From Candidatus Omnitrophota bacterium (GTDB lineage Bacteria > Omnitrophota > Gorgyraeia > Zapsychrales > Zapsychraceae): a stretch of 64,000 bases of DNA. The notes under the pieces are model-generated. The model was given only the letters and a program-made list of their open reading frames with translations, made no database searches and had not been told where the DNA came from. Of the stretch, positions 37,615 to 47,107 are shown in pieces. Each line of letters begins with the position of its first letter. The stretch's first letter is position 1. The stretch covers positions 104,536 through 168,535 of the forward strand of contig JADFYJ010000003.1 in the NCBI GenBank assembly GCA_015233115.1, given 5' to 3'. Made by a program: the position numbers and the translations under genes.

Positions 37615-37694
37615 TGGATCCCCGATTTAAGCGTTCGGGGATGACACGTTTAATTTATTTTTACATTGTCACACTGTTACGTTGTTACAGTTAA
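37615..37694. repeat. Palindrome half (TGGATCCCCG..CGGGGATGACA) plus Family B right arm
   Basis: Matches 22264-22295; then CATTGTCACACTGTTACGTTGTTAC. Confidence 0.75.
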
Positions 37695-37707
37695 AAAGGA
37701 TAAAAGA

Positions 37708-37920
37708 ATGCCAAAGAAAAGTGATAGTGGTTCTGGTTTTAAATTGTTTATAATGGGGGTGGTTTTGTTTGTTGGGGGGTATTATTTGGGCGTTTACCGG
37801 CAACCGGTATTTACTAAATTTAAAGAAGTTGTACCGCCGTTAGTGAAAAAAGCGGAGATCAAAGTGCGGGGAATGTTTGGAATAGAAAAAGATAAAGAGG
37901 CGAAAGGCAATAGGCAATAG
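37708..37920 (+). CDS. Small single-TM hypothetical protein
   Basis: AAGGA RBS, MPKK start, one TM helix. Confidence 0.6.
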   Translation: MPKKSDSGSGFKLFIMGVVLFVGGYYLGVYRQPVFTKFKEVVPPLVKKAEIKVRGMFGIEKDKEAKGNRQ

Positions 37921-37945
37921 CCGTCATTGATGAAAGGATTTTTTA

Positions 37946-38707
37946 ATGAGAAAATTTTTAATTTTGATCACTTTGGTTTTCACGGGTTTTGTGCTGAGTG
38001 CTGCGGCTAATGAGCTTTCGGATATTGAGATGGCCGTGTTGGCAAAAGATTGGAAGCGGGTGGTGCAACTAACGGATAATGTCAGATCTTGCCCTACGGA
38101 CGCTTCCCGCCAGGCACGGTTATTGTATTGGCAGGCTTTAAGCGCGATGGAAAACCGTAGTTTTACTAAAGCCCGTTCAATTATTGATGAAAACATTAAA
38201 AATCAAAAAGTCGATCAACGCTGGCGCGAACGGTTTTATCTTCTACGCATTGACGCGTATTATTTAGATGAGAAATACGATCAGGCTCTTGTGTCTGCGC
38301 AGGATTTTTTAAAGGTGAACCCTAAATCGGATTTTTTGTCTTTGGGATATTTAAAATTGGCGCGCGCCCATTTAAAATTAGCGCATTGGGTTGAAGCTCG
38401 GCAATATTTGAATAAAACAATTTCGGAGTTTCCTGGCAGTATGGACAGTCAAACGGCTCGACAATTATTGGAAGAAAAAGATTATTTTTCTGTGCAGATA
38501 GGTTCATTCGGAGAAAGAGACAAGGCTTCGCAATTGGTTTCTGCCATGAAAGAAGAAGGCGAGTATGCTTATATAATTGAGAAAGCGGATAAAATTGGGA
38601 AAAAATTGTACCGAGTGCGAGTGGGTCGGCTGGGGTCTATCATTGAGGCGCAGGCTTTGAAGGATAAATTATCAAAAAAGGGTTATCCAACTAATATTTT
38701 TCCGTAA
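37946..38707 (+). CDS. Secreted TPR + SPOR domain protein
   Basis: Signal peptide, TPR-like helices, C-terminal FSVQIGSF...LYRVRVG SPOR motifs. Confidence 0.85.
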   Translation: MRKFLILITLVFTGFVLSAAANELSDIEMAVLAKDWKRVVQLTDNVRSCPTDASRQARLLYWQALSAMENRSFTKARSIIDENIKNQKVDQRWRERFYLLRIDAYYLDEKYDQALVSAQDFLKVNPKSDFLSLGYLKLARAHLKLAHWVEARQYLNKTISEFPGSMDSQTARQLLEEKDYFSVQIGSFGERDKASQLVSAMKEEGEYAYIIEKADKIGKKLYRVRVGRLGSIIEAQALKDKLSKKGYPTNIFP

Positions 38708-38720
38708 AAATAGGTGATAG

Positions 38721-39659
38721 GTGATAGCTGATAGGGAAAAGCGAATTGTTTTTATAGTCGGTCCGACAGGCGTGGGGAAATCGGCTGTGGCTATTGATTT
38801 GGCACAACAGATCAATGGCTCAATTATTTCCTGCGATGCCATGCAAGTTTATGATCATATCCGGATTGCGAGTAACCGTCCCAGTCCGATTGAGGAACAA
38901 AGCATTAAGCACCATTTAACTGGGTGTGTCCCCATTGAAGCGGATTTTGATGTGTCGCGCTTCTACAAGTTAGCTCTAGGCGCGATCGAAGAAATTAGGG
39001 AAGCAAAAAAAATCCCTGTTGTGTGCGGAGGCAGCGGCATGTACGCGCAGATTTTATTGGATGGCATTTTTGAAGAATCTGGCAAAGATGACGTCTTGCG
39101 TCAGGAACTTTTTGGCCTGGCGCAGGAAAAAGGACTGGATGCGTTATATCAAATGCTGGTTGAAAAAGATCCAGATGCGGCTAAAAAAATTCATCCGCAT
39201 GATCTGAAGCGCATTGTCCGAGGCCTGGAAGTGGGTATTAAAGAAAAAAAACCGATTTCTCAGCTTCAGAAACAGCGTTCAGGATTGTGGGATCAATATG
39301 CGATAAAAATTTTTGGTTTAAGAATGGAGAGGGAAGCTTTGTATGACCGGATTAATAGGCGGGTTGATCAAATGCTGAAGGACGGTTTGGTAGAAGAAAT
39401 TTCCGCGCTAAAAAATATTTCGTTAAGTTCGACGGCTGAAAAAATTATTGGAGTTCAAGAAATTCGGAAATATTTATCCGGGCAATGTTCTTTAGAACAG
39501 GCAGCTGAGGAAATGAAGCAAAATACCCGGCGTTACGCTAAACGACAAATGACGTGGTTTAGAAAAGAAAAACGCATCGAATGGATTGACTTAGAAAATA
39601 ATTATAATGTGGAAAAAGTTGGCGAAAAAATATACGCAGCATGGGAACTAGTCCTTTGA
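38721..39659 (+). CDS. miaA: tRNA dimethylallyltransferase
   Basis: GPTGVGKS, IISCDAMQVY, GGSGMY, TRRYAKRQMTWF. Confidence 0.95.
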   Translation: MIADREKRIVFIVGPTGVGKSAVAIDLAQQINGSIISCDAMQVYDHIRIASNRPSPIEEQSIKHHLTGCVPIEADFDVSRFYKLALGAIEEIREAKKIPVVCGGSGMYAQILLDGIFEESGKDDVLRQELFGLAQEKGLDALYQMLVEKDPDAAKKIHPHDLKRIVRGLEVGIKEKKPISQLQKQRSGLWDQYAIKIFGLRMEREALYDRINRRVDQMLKDGLVEEISALKNISLSSTAEKIIGVQEIRKYLSGQCSLEQAAEEMKQNTRRYAKRQMTWFRKEKRIEWIDLENNYNVEKVGEKIYAAWELVL

Positions 39660-39672
39660 TGTTTTAATTTAG

Positions 39673-39932
39673 TTAAGTAACCGAGTAACAGAGTAACCGA
39701 GTGACAGAGCAAAACGATTTATGAGAATAAAAATGGTGATTTACTTATAAAAAATGATTGAGTGAAAAAGCGAAAAAGATAAATTAAACGAGAATGAAAA
39801 GATGTAATAAATTTAAAGGTGTTTAAGTTTTGGGATAATATTTTTGTTTATTAGTATTTGGATAATAGTTTACCGACATTTATTTTTACGTTTTTCTTTT
39901 TCGCTCTGTTACTCGGTTACTCGGTTACTTAA
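39673..39932. repeat. Family A inverted tandem-octamer element between miaA and hflX
   Basis: TTAAGTAACCGAGTAACAGAGTAACCGAGTGACAGAGC ... GCTCTGTTACTCGGTTACTCGGTTACTTAA. Confidence 0.9.
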
Positions 39933-39945
39933 AAGGGGAGCACCT

Positions 39946-41259
39946 ATGGATGATTTGTTGAATTTGAAAGGTTCGAAACAGCGGGTTATTGTTGTTGCCA
40001 TAGATTTTAAGCGGGAGAAAAGGATATGGCAGCCGCAGGAAATTTTGGAAGAAATGAAAGCTTTGGTTGAGGCTTGTGAGTGTGAGGTGGTGGGTGAATT
40101 TATTTGTAAGGTGGACAAGCCTTCTTCTAATAATTTAATTGGTAAAGGTAAAGCGGAAGAAATAAAATTTTTGTGTGATTCGACTGATGGCGTGGATATC
40201 ATTATTTTTAGTGAAGATATAAAAGGAAGTCAACAGCGGAATCTGGAAGAGTTTATCGGTAAATCTGTCATTGACCGCACGCGGCTGATCCTGGATATTT
40301 TCGCGCGCCGAGCGACGACGCGGGAAGGAAAAACTCAAGTGGAGCTGGCTCAGCTTCAATATTTGATGCCGCGTTTAGTCGGCCATGGTGTGGAAATGTC
40401 CCGCTTAGGCGGAGGAATCGGCACCTTGGGGCCAGGCGAAACGAAATTGGAAATTGACCGCCGCAGGATCAGTCAGCGCATTGATAAATTGAAGCGCGAA
40501 TTGAAGGAATTGGTCGCGAACCGCAGTATCACTCGTATTCGCCGGAAAGATAATAAAGTTCCGCTGATCGCTTTAGTCGGTTATACCAACGCGGGTAAGT
40601 CAACATTGATGAATCGTTTGACGGGCGCAGGACAAAGCACTCAAGACGGGTTATTTACGACGCTCGCGTCAGTATCCCGCCAATGGTTGTTACCCAACAA
40701 TCAAAAAACTATTCTTTCAGACACCATCGGTTTTATGCACGACTTGCCTCACCATTTGATTGAATCATTTAAGGCGACTTTAGAAGAAGTGCAACAGGCT
40801 GATCTTTTACTGCATATGGTTGATTTAAGTAATCCCAATTTTAAACATATGTACGAGGCAGTAATTGAGGTGCTGGTTCAATTAAATGCTAATGATAAAT
40901 CCACTATTGTGGTCTTTAATAAAATTGATCAATTACCTGAGCGGTTTAATTTGAAGGACTTAGGAACGAGTTTTGAAAAAGCAATAATGATCTCAGCCAA
41001 GACCGGGGAAAATGTGGACAGTTTAATCAACATGGTCTCACAAATTTTAGCCAAAACCCGCATCGAAGTAAGCGCTTTAATCCCTTTAAATCGTGCTGAT
41101 CTGATAGGCTGGCTTCATGAGAATTCCGACGTGATCACTAAAGAATATAGGGAAGATGGCTGCCATGTCGTATGCCGGATTCCTGAACCAAAAATCGGCC
41201 ATGTAAAGGAATATATTATTGATAATCCATTATTAGACAAGGATTTGGAATCGTATTAA
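39946..41259 (+). CDS. hflX: GTPase HflX
   Basis: ILDIFARRA, GPGETKLEIDRR, GYTNAGKST, DTIGF, NKID, SAK; GGGGAG RBS before 39946. Confidence 0.95.
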   Translation: MDDLLNLKGSKQRVIVVAIDFKREKRIWQPQEILEEMKALVEACECEVVGEFICKVDKPSSNNLIGKGKAEEIKFLCDSTDGVDIIIFSEDIKGSQQRNLEEFIGKSVIDRTRLILDIFARRATTREGKTQVELAQLQYLMPRLVGHGVEMSRLGGGIGTLGPGETKLEIDRRRISQRIDKLKRELKELVANRSITRIRRKDNKVPLIALVGYTNAGKSTLMNRLTGAGQSTQDGLFTTLASVSRQWLLPNNQKTILSDTIGFMHDLPHHLIESFKATLEEVQQADLLLHMVDLSNPNFKHMYEAVIEVLVQLNANDKSTIVVFNKIDQLPERFNLKDLGTSFEKAIMISAKTGENVDSLINMVSQILAKTRIEVSALIPLNRADLIGWLHENSDVITKEYREDGCHVVCRIPEPKIGHVKEYIIDNPLLDKDLESY

Positions 41260-41365
41260 GTGTGTTGTAAGCGGTTTCTCAAAAATGGAAAAATCTATTG
41301 TCTTTTACCCTGTTTATGGGGGATACTTTAATTAGGATAAGGTTGTCTTTTAATAAGGAGGAGCT

Positions 41366-43498
41366 ATGAAAAAAGGTATGATGAGGGCGATGTTCATTCT
41401 AGGGTTAGGAGTTGCTTTTTTATATTCGGCCTCTTTCGCGTATGCTGATGGAGGGTCATTCACACTATTTTCAACCGTACCATCGGCCATGGCGTCATAC
41501 GATCAAATTAAAATAGTGCCAGCTGTTCATCCGATAGGAACAGACTGTACTAGTGATGGTGTAGGGACTATTTATACAGATTCTAATGGAAATTTATTAA
41601 AATGCGGATCAGCAAAAAAAATTGAGGATATTGATAATGTCTGGACATTTGATTCCGCAAGTCAATTAGTGAATTTGAAATCAGGAGTTCTCAATTATAA
41701 GCTGGGGATTGGGACATCTTCTCCTGGAGCCATACTCGATATTTATAAAAACTCTGCCGGATATTCTGCGCCGATGTTGTTAGTCAATAATCCTGCAGTG
41801 GGAGCAGTTCCGCGTTTACGCTTACAGAGTGCGGATGGCACCGGAGTTAATAAATATGCGGATATTTTTTGGTCAGCAGGTGATTATTCTTTAAATTTGT
41901 CCAACCATGATACTTTTGGTAATTCTGGCATCAATTTTTTAACCTCTGCTGGGCAAAAGATGGTTATTCATAATGACGGCAATGTTGGAATTGGAACGAC
42001 CGCGCCAACTCAAACTTTAAATGTGTTAAATGCTAGTTTTATTCAAGGAGAATTTTCAAGTTCAACAAGTTCTGGTGGGATAAAATTAACTCCATACGCA
42101 GGAGGGCACAGCTGGGAATTTCAAGCTATTGCCAGTGATAGTTCGCCTGCGAATTCACTCATTGTTTATGACCGAGGTGCAGCGGCGTATAGAATGATGA
42201 TTAATAGTTCGGGGAATGTTGGTATCGGGACAACTGCTCCAAGGGGGGGGTTTGATTTGGCAGGAACAGGGGATGTTTATCTGGCTAATAATACAGTAGC
42301 TGGACCTGCAGCCGTACAAAGTATTTATCTTCCTGGTCATATTTATATAGCTCCCTTAAATAATTCGTCAAATGTTTCTTATTTGCAGGCCAGACGGTCA
42401 GATAATAGTGGAAGTACAGAATTACAGGTACGGACATATAATGCGGGTACTTTAGTTGATGCTATGAGAATTAGTAGTTTAGGTAATGTCGGCATTGGAA
42501 CGACTATGCCTCAGAATCAATTACATATCCATAATCCTAATTCGGCAGGCTTGCGTCTGAGCGGTCTTAATAATAATAGCGGTTCTAATTATAACGGAAT
42601 AATATTCGCTAATAGTGAGACAAGCATTAATAATGCTTGGCTTTTAAATCAAATTTCTTGTGTAGGCGGTAATGCGGTGGATAAACAACATATAGATGGC
42701 GGGTTTGTTTTTCAAAAGTGGGCGAATGCCTCGGGCAACCCTGTTGCCAACACATTATTGTTGGATAATTTAGGTAATATAGGAATGAGGATGGGAGAAG
42801 GTGGGCCTAATTATCCTGATACAAATTTTCATATTAACATGATAAGAGATTATACAGGTATTACTTTATCTAACGCTAATAACCCATATGGTGTGGCTGG
42901 GGCTTCAAATTTTCAATCTGGTATACGTTTTAAAGCGTACGAACCGGCTACCTTTGGGTACTGGATGGGAAGAACTGGTTATGATTTTCAGTTTGGATAT
43001 GAATCAACCAATCAACTGACGACTCCCAATATTGCCGCAGCACCGATTATGTCGTTTAAGCATAACAATGGTAGCGGAGTTTGGGATGTGGTGGGGATAG
43101 GAACGCTTGCGCCTTTTGGTCCTTATAAATTGTACGTGCAGGGGAACATAAACGCGCAAGGGGCTTTTTATTCGTGGGGAGGTTGGGTTGCATCGGATAT
43201 GCGTTTGAAAAAGGATGTTCAAACTGTTCCTAATGCGTTACAACGGGTGACACAATTGCGCGGGGTGAATTATAAATGGATTGATGAAGCCCGGGGTAAA
43301 GAAACACAAATGGGCGTGATCGCTCAGGAAGTGGAAAAAGTTTTTCCTGAAGTGGTGCAGACCGATGCCCAAGGGTTTAAATCTGTAGCTTATCAGAATA
43401 TGGTTGGTGCATTGATTGAAGCCGTCAAAGAATTAAATGTTAAAGTGGATAAATTGAGCAAAGAAAACGAGGAGCTCAAAAAGAAAATGGTTAAGTAG
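41366..43498 (+). CDS. Secreted fibre-like protein with GNVGIGT repeats and C-terminal peptidase S74 intramolecular chaperone
   Basis: Signal peptide, about six (G)NVGIGT-like repeats, SDMRLKKDV, GVIAQEVEKVFPE, terminal coiled coil. Confidence 0.88.
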   Translation: MKKGMMRAMFILGLGVAFLYSASFAYADGGSFTLFSTVPSAMASYDQIKIVPAVHPIGTDCTSDGVGTIYTDSNGNLLKCGSAKKIEDIDNVWTFDSASQLVNLKSGVLNYKLGIGTSSPGAILDIYKNSAGYSAPMLLVNNPAVGAVPRLRLQSADGTGVNKYADIFWSAGDYSLNLSNHDTFGNSGINFLTSAGQKMVIHNDGNVGIGTTAPTQTLNVLNASFIQGEFSSSTSSGGIKLTPYAGGHSWEFQAIASDSSPANSLIVYDRGAAAYRMMINSSGNVGIGTTAPRGGFDLAGTGDVYLANNTVAGPAAVQSIYLPGHIYIAPLNNSSNVSYLQARRSDNSGSTELQVRTYNAGTLVDAMRISSLGNVGIGTTMPQNQLHIHNPNSAGLRLSGLNNNSGSNYNGIIFANSETSINNAWLLNQISCVGGNAVDKQHIDGGFVFQKWANASGNPVANTLLLDNLGNIGMRMGEGGPNYPDTNFHINMIRDYTGITLSNANNPYGVAGASNFQSGIRFKAYEPATFGYWMGRTGYDFQFGYESTNQLTTPNIAAAPIMSFKHNNGSGVWDVVGIGTLAPFGPYKLYVQGNINAQGAFYSWGGWVASDMRLKKDVQTVPNALQRVTQLRGVNYKWIDEARGKETQMGVIAQEVEKVFPEVVQTDAQGFKSVAYQNMVGALIEAVKELNVKVDKLSKENEELKKKMVK

Positions 43499-43510
43499 TT
43501 TTTAATATGG

Positions 43511-43553
43511 GCCGCCTTCTTGTGTTCGGAGTATACCAGAGCAGGAAGGCGGT
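43511..43553 (+). terminator. Possible terminator/hairpin after fibre gene
   Basis: CCGCCTTC...GAAGGCGG stem followed by TTCTGTTTT; loop is long. Confidence 0.45.
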
Positions 43554-43570
43554 TCTGTTTTATGGAATAT

Positions 43571-43613
43571 AATGTGACAATTTAACAATGTGACAGTGTG
43601 ACAATGTGACAAC
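43571..43613. repeat. Family B left arm (TGTGACAA)n
   Basis: AATGTGACAATTTAACAATGTGACAGTGTGACAATGTGACAA. Confidence 0.8.
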
Positions 43614-43696
43614 GAAAAAACTAAGGCTTGAAAAACAACCGAAACCAAACTAAAAATTGATAACTAAAATTTTAAATTCATGGTAAAATTTTTTTA

Positions 43697-44608
43697 ATGA
43701 AACGAACAGTTTTAATTTCAGTTTTATTCTTATCCTTATCCTTGAGCTCCTCAGTCTTTGCTATTGAAGACGGGATTTATAAAAAATTATATCCTACCGG
43801 CGAAGTGCAAGCCAGATATCATTACAGCCAGGGAGTATTGCACGGACATTTTAATACATATTATAAAAGCGGGCGGTTAGAGAGCGAGGGGACTTTCCAA
43901 AGCGGGGTTATGCAGGCAAGAGCTCGGATCTATTATCCCAGCGGGTACTTGAAATTTGACGGATATTATAAAGATGGTTTACTTGACGGGAAAGCATTGT
44001 TATATTATCCGGCCAAGACCGTTAAAATGGAAATGGTTTACGTTAAGGGCCGGTTGAATGGCAAAGCCCTTGAATATCGGGAAGATGGTTCTTTGGAGTA
44101 TGAGCGGCATTATGTTGATGGGCAGGAACAAGGGGTTGTAAAGTATTTTTCTTCAGAAGGGCATTTGATTCGCCAAGCTCAATTTGTTAATGGAGTTCAA
44201 AAAGGCATTGTGCGTGAATATAATTTGGATGGCCGATTGAAACGGGCTTATGAAGCCATGGATGGAGTGCCGCGCGGAGCAGTAAAAGAATATAGTTTTG
44301 ATGGGGTGACGAAAAGCGCGAATATGAATCAGGGCAAATTGATTGATGGCCCAGTCAAAGAATATTATGAAAACGGCGCGGTGTCGCGGGCGGCACAGAT
44401 TAAAGATGGAGAGCGCAACGGGTCATATGAAGAATTTTATCGTTCTGGGCATTTGATGGTAAAGGGATTTTTAAAACAAGATAAACGGGACGGGATTTTC
44501 ACGTCTTATTATGAAGATGGAAAAGTAAAAAATAAAACGCAATTTGAAATGGGGAAGAAAATTATCAGTAAGAATTATGATGAATCAGGAAAGTTGATAT
44601 TTAAATAA
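43697..44608 (+). CDS. Secreted MORN-variant repeat protein (YwqK-like)
   Basis: Signal peptide; repeated YY.SG.L..EG.Y..G..DG units. Confidence 0.85.
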   Translation: MKRTVLISVLFLSLSLSSSVFAIEDGIYKKLYPTGEVQARYHYSQGVLHGHFNTYYKSGRLESEGTFQSGVMQARARIYYPSGYLKFDGYYKDGLLDGKALLYYPAKTVKMEMVYVKGRLNGKALEYREDGSLEYERHYVDGQEQGVVKYFSSEGHLIRQAQFVNGVQKGIVREYNLDGRLKRAYEAMDGVPRGAVKEYSFDGVTKSANMNQGKLIDGPVKEYYENGAVSRAAQIKDGERNGSYEEFYRSGHLMVKGFLKQDKRDGIFTSYYEDGKVKNKTQFEMGKKIISKNYDESGKLIFK

Positions 44609-45300
44609 TGTTGATTGTTATTTTAGTCATAATAGCGGTGATATCCATTGTCGGATTGCTCGTGGTCAGCGTACCAAGCCTGGGTGACAAAAAAAACCGT
44701 ATGGTTTTTTTGAATGAAATGGCTGAGCTTTTGGATGGCCAGCTGAAGCCGTGGGAAGAGAGGGAAGGAGCGTTTCGGATTTTTTTTAAGTTTCAGGATC
44801 GGGATTTTATTTTGGAAGATATTTTAGAGCATGGGTTGAAAATAGATGTGAATCGTGCTTATGTTCGTTTGGCTGTCGAGGGTAGCTTTTTGATGACTTT
44901 CGCGGAAATGGAAAAAGCCAGAATTATCCGTCAGGAAAAACCGGAATCTGTTCCAGCTCTTCATGCCATGTTAAGAAAAATCGAAGTGGTAGCGACTTTG
45001 CCTGGGGAGCTGGCAGGTTTGGAAATTCACACAAATGATCATTTTATCGTTAATCAATTATTAAAAGAAAAAAAATTTCTTAAAATTCTATCCCAATTAA
45101 AAAATAAAGATACCCGCGGTATCGTTTCTATGCCGGTCAGGTTTTACGAAGGATTTTTATCTTTGGATATTTATGCCAAAGGCCCCCGCCAGCCGAATTT
45201 ATTAACTTTTTATACCCGCCCTCATGAGATCAACAAGTATTTTGCCATCATGATTGAGTTGGCCAATATTGCTCAAGTAATTTCCAAAAAGTATGAATAG
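44608..45300 (+). CDS. Hypothetical protein with N-terminal membrane anchor
   Basis: 230-aa ORF translationally coupled to the upstream gene; hydrophobic N-terminus. Confidence 0.7.
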   Translation: MLIVILVIIAVISIVGLLVVSVPSLGDKKNRMVFLNEMAELLDGQLKPWEEREGAFRIFFKFQDRDFILEDILEHGLKIDVNRAYVRLAVEGSFLMTFAEMEKARIIRQEKPESVPALHAMLRKIEVVATLPGELAGLEIHTNDHFIVNQLLKEKKFLKILSQLKNKDTRGIVSMPVRFYEGFLSLDIYAKGPRQPNLLTFYTRPHEINKYFAIMIELANIAQVISKKYE

Positions 45301-45308
45301 AAATTTTA

Positions 45309-45336
45309 TTGACAAGACGGATTTTCTTATTATAAT
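45309..45336 (+). promoter_or_regulatory. Sigma70 promoter of heat-shock operon (TTGACA-N16-TATAAT)
   Basis: Both hexamers are perfect consensus. Confidence 0.8.
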
Positions 45337-45342
45337 TCTTTT

Positions 45343-45369
45343 TTAGCAAACTAGTGTAAGGAGTGCTAA
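45343..45369. promoter_or_regulatory. CIRCE operator (HrcA site)
   Basis: TTAGCAAAC-N9-GAGTGCTAA vs consensus TTAGCACTC-N9-GAGTGCTAA, upstream of hrcA. Confidence 0.9.
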
Positions 45370-45417
45370 TATGCCCTAATTCCGGATTAGAAGTATGAAT
45401 TAGGGCAGTAGGTCGGG

Positions 45418-45573
45418 CGTGGTATGTAGTATGTAGAAAAAACGAATGATTTAAAAAAATAACAATCAAAAATTCTCAATACTAATATAAGATTTTCATT
45501 TACGTTTTTTGATTTTGCATTTATTTAATTTTTACGATTTTTTTGCCACATGTTATATGCTACATACTACATG
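45418..45573. repeat. Family D inverted heptamer element in hrcA leader
   Basis: CGTGGTATGTAGTATGTAG-AAAAAACGAATG ... GCCACATGTTATATGCTACATACTACATG. Confidence 0.8.
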
Positions 45574-45590
45574 TTATAAAGGATTATATT

Positions 45591-46328
45591 GTGGTTACGA
45601 AAAAAGAAGAAATACAAGTAAGAAAAGACCGGGTGCTGGGCGTTACTGTGGAAGAATATATCCATAGTGTGACACCGGTGAGTTCATCTTATATTACGGA
45701 ACATCACTTCTTTGATTTGAGCTCTGCTACGATCCGTAATATTTTGGCGGAATTGGAAGAGGATGGCTTTTTAACCCATCCCCACACTTCAGCCGGCCGT
45801 GTTCCAACGCAAAAAGGTTATCGCTATTACGTGGATTATTTAATGGATCAAATCCAGATTTTGGAGAATGAAAAAGCGGAAATTAAAGCTCAATATGAAG
45901 CGCAAACCCAAGAACTGGAAGATCTTTTAGACCAGACCTCAAAAATTTTATCGGATTCAACGCATTATACCAGTATTGTTTCTGTGGATGGCTGGGATCG
46001 AAAGTTGTACTGCTGCGGAACGAATTTTGTGGTACAGTATCCGGAATATCAAGACCTGAAAAAGATCCAGGATATCCTTTATGCTTTAGATGAAAAAGAA
46101 AAATTATTGAAGGTTATTAACCGTGAATTGTTGAAACGGATTAATGTTTTTATCGGTTCGGAAATTAAATTAAAAGAAGTTGAGTCGTGTTCTATGGTGG
46201 TTACGCAATATAAAACCCATCATGGAACCAGCGGCCGTATTGCCGTGCTGGGGCCGACGCGCATGGATTATGAGCGGGTGGTGTCGACGCTAAATTATGT
46301 GACTAATTTGCTTGAAGAATGTTATTAA
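45591..46328 (+). CDS. hrcA: Heat-inducible transcription repressor (short form)
   Basis: PVSS, SSATIRN..LE..G...PHTSAGRVPT.KGYRYYVD, LGPTRMDY; GTG start after AAGGA. Confidence 0.92.
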   Translation: MVTKKEEIQVRKDRVLGVTVEEYIHSVTPVSSSYITEHHFFDLSSATIRNILAELEEDGFLTHPHTSAGRVPTQKGYRYYVDYLMDQIQILENEKAEIKAQYEAQTQELEDLLDQTSKILSDSTHYTSIVSVDGWDRKLYCCGTNFVVQYPEYQDLKKIQDILYALDEKEKLLKVINRELLKRINVFIGSEIKLKEVESCSMVVTQYKTHHGTSGRIAVLGPTRMDYERVVSTLNYVTNLLEECY

Positions 46329-46400
46329 ACCCTGAACCACGTTGGGTTCAGGGCCATAAACCCCACGTGGTTTATGGGAAAAAAAGATCGATGCAAAAGT

Positions 46401-46934
46401 ATGCAAGAAAAAGAGAATAGTCCGGAAGAGAAGCCGGAAGCTGTAGAGGCTATGGTGACGATTAAGCAGGCAGAGCTGGAGGCTTTAAAGGCTCAGTTGG
46501 CTGAGTGTCAAAACGGGACTTTGCGTTTATACGCTGATTTTGAGAATACTCGTAAACGCATGGAGCGGGATAAGCAGGAATTTGTTAAATACGCGAATGA
46601 AAAAGTGATTGTGGAATTTTTGAATATTCTTGACGATTTGGAACGCTCTGTTTTGGTGGCGAGGTCGAAACACCAGGATTATGAAAATTTTTTAAAGGGC
46701 GTGGAAATGATCATGTCCCGGATTTTAGATATGTTAAAAAAACACGGGGTCAAATCTATGGAAGTCGTCCCAGGTTTATCTTTTGATCCGCATTGTCACG
46801 AGGTTTTGATGCAGGAAGCGACCAATGAGATGCCGGATGGATCCGTGATGGAAGAATTGCAAAAAGGATATTATTTAGGCGATAGAGTAGTAAGAACAGC
46901 GAAAGTTAAAGTTGCAAAAGAAAAAACGGAATAA
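46401..46934 (+). CDS. grpE: Nucleotide exchange factor GrpE
   Basis: ADFENTRKR, LDDLER, FDPHCHE, QKGY...RVVRTAKVKV. Confidence 0.95.
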   Translation: MQEKENSPEEKPEAVEAMVTIKQAELEALKAQLAECQNGTLRLYADFENTRKRMERDKQEFVKYANEKVIVEFLNILDDLERSVLVARSKHQDYENFLKGVEMIMSRILDMLKKHGVKSMEVVPGLSFDPHCHEVLMQEATNEMPDGSVMEELQKGYYLGDRVVRTAKVKVAKEKTE

Positions 46935-46938
46935 TAAA

Positions 46939-47060
46939 GCGCGCGGTAGGGCGGTTAGCATTTAAACCAAATCATTCGCTCAAACAGCAGCTCCTAAGCG
47001 GAGCTGAACTCGCTCGGTGATTTGGTTTCAACGCAAACCTTCTGTAGGGGGCACGCGGGT
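46939..47060. repeat. Family C hairpin element, copy 5
   Basis: Near-identical to 14657-14778. Confidence 0.9.
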
Positions 47061-47107
47061 TGAAGATGTGTATGAAAATTTAGGGTTTTTGTTTTTTGTT
47101 TAGTTTT

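Noticed and set aside
41366-44608. Prophage or toxin-antitoxin locus
   Set aside because: No integrase, capsid, terminase or toxin gene; S74 and MORN-variant proteins both carry signal peptides
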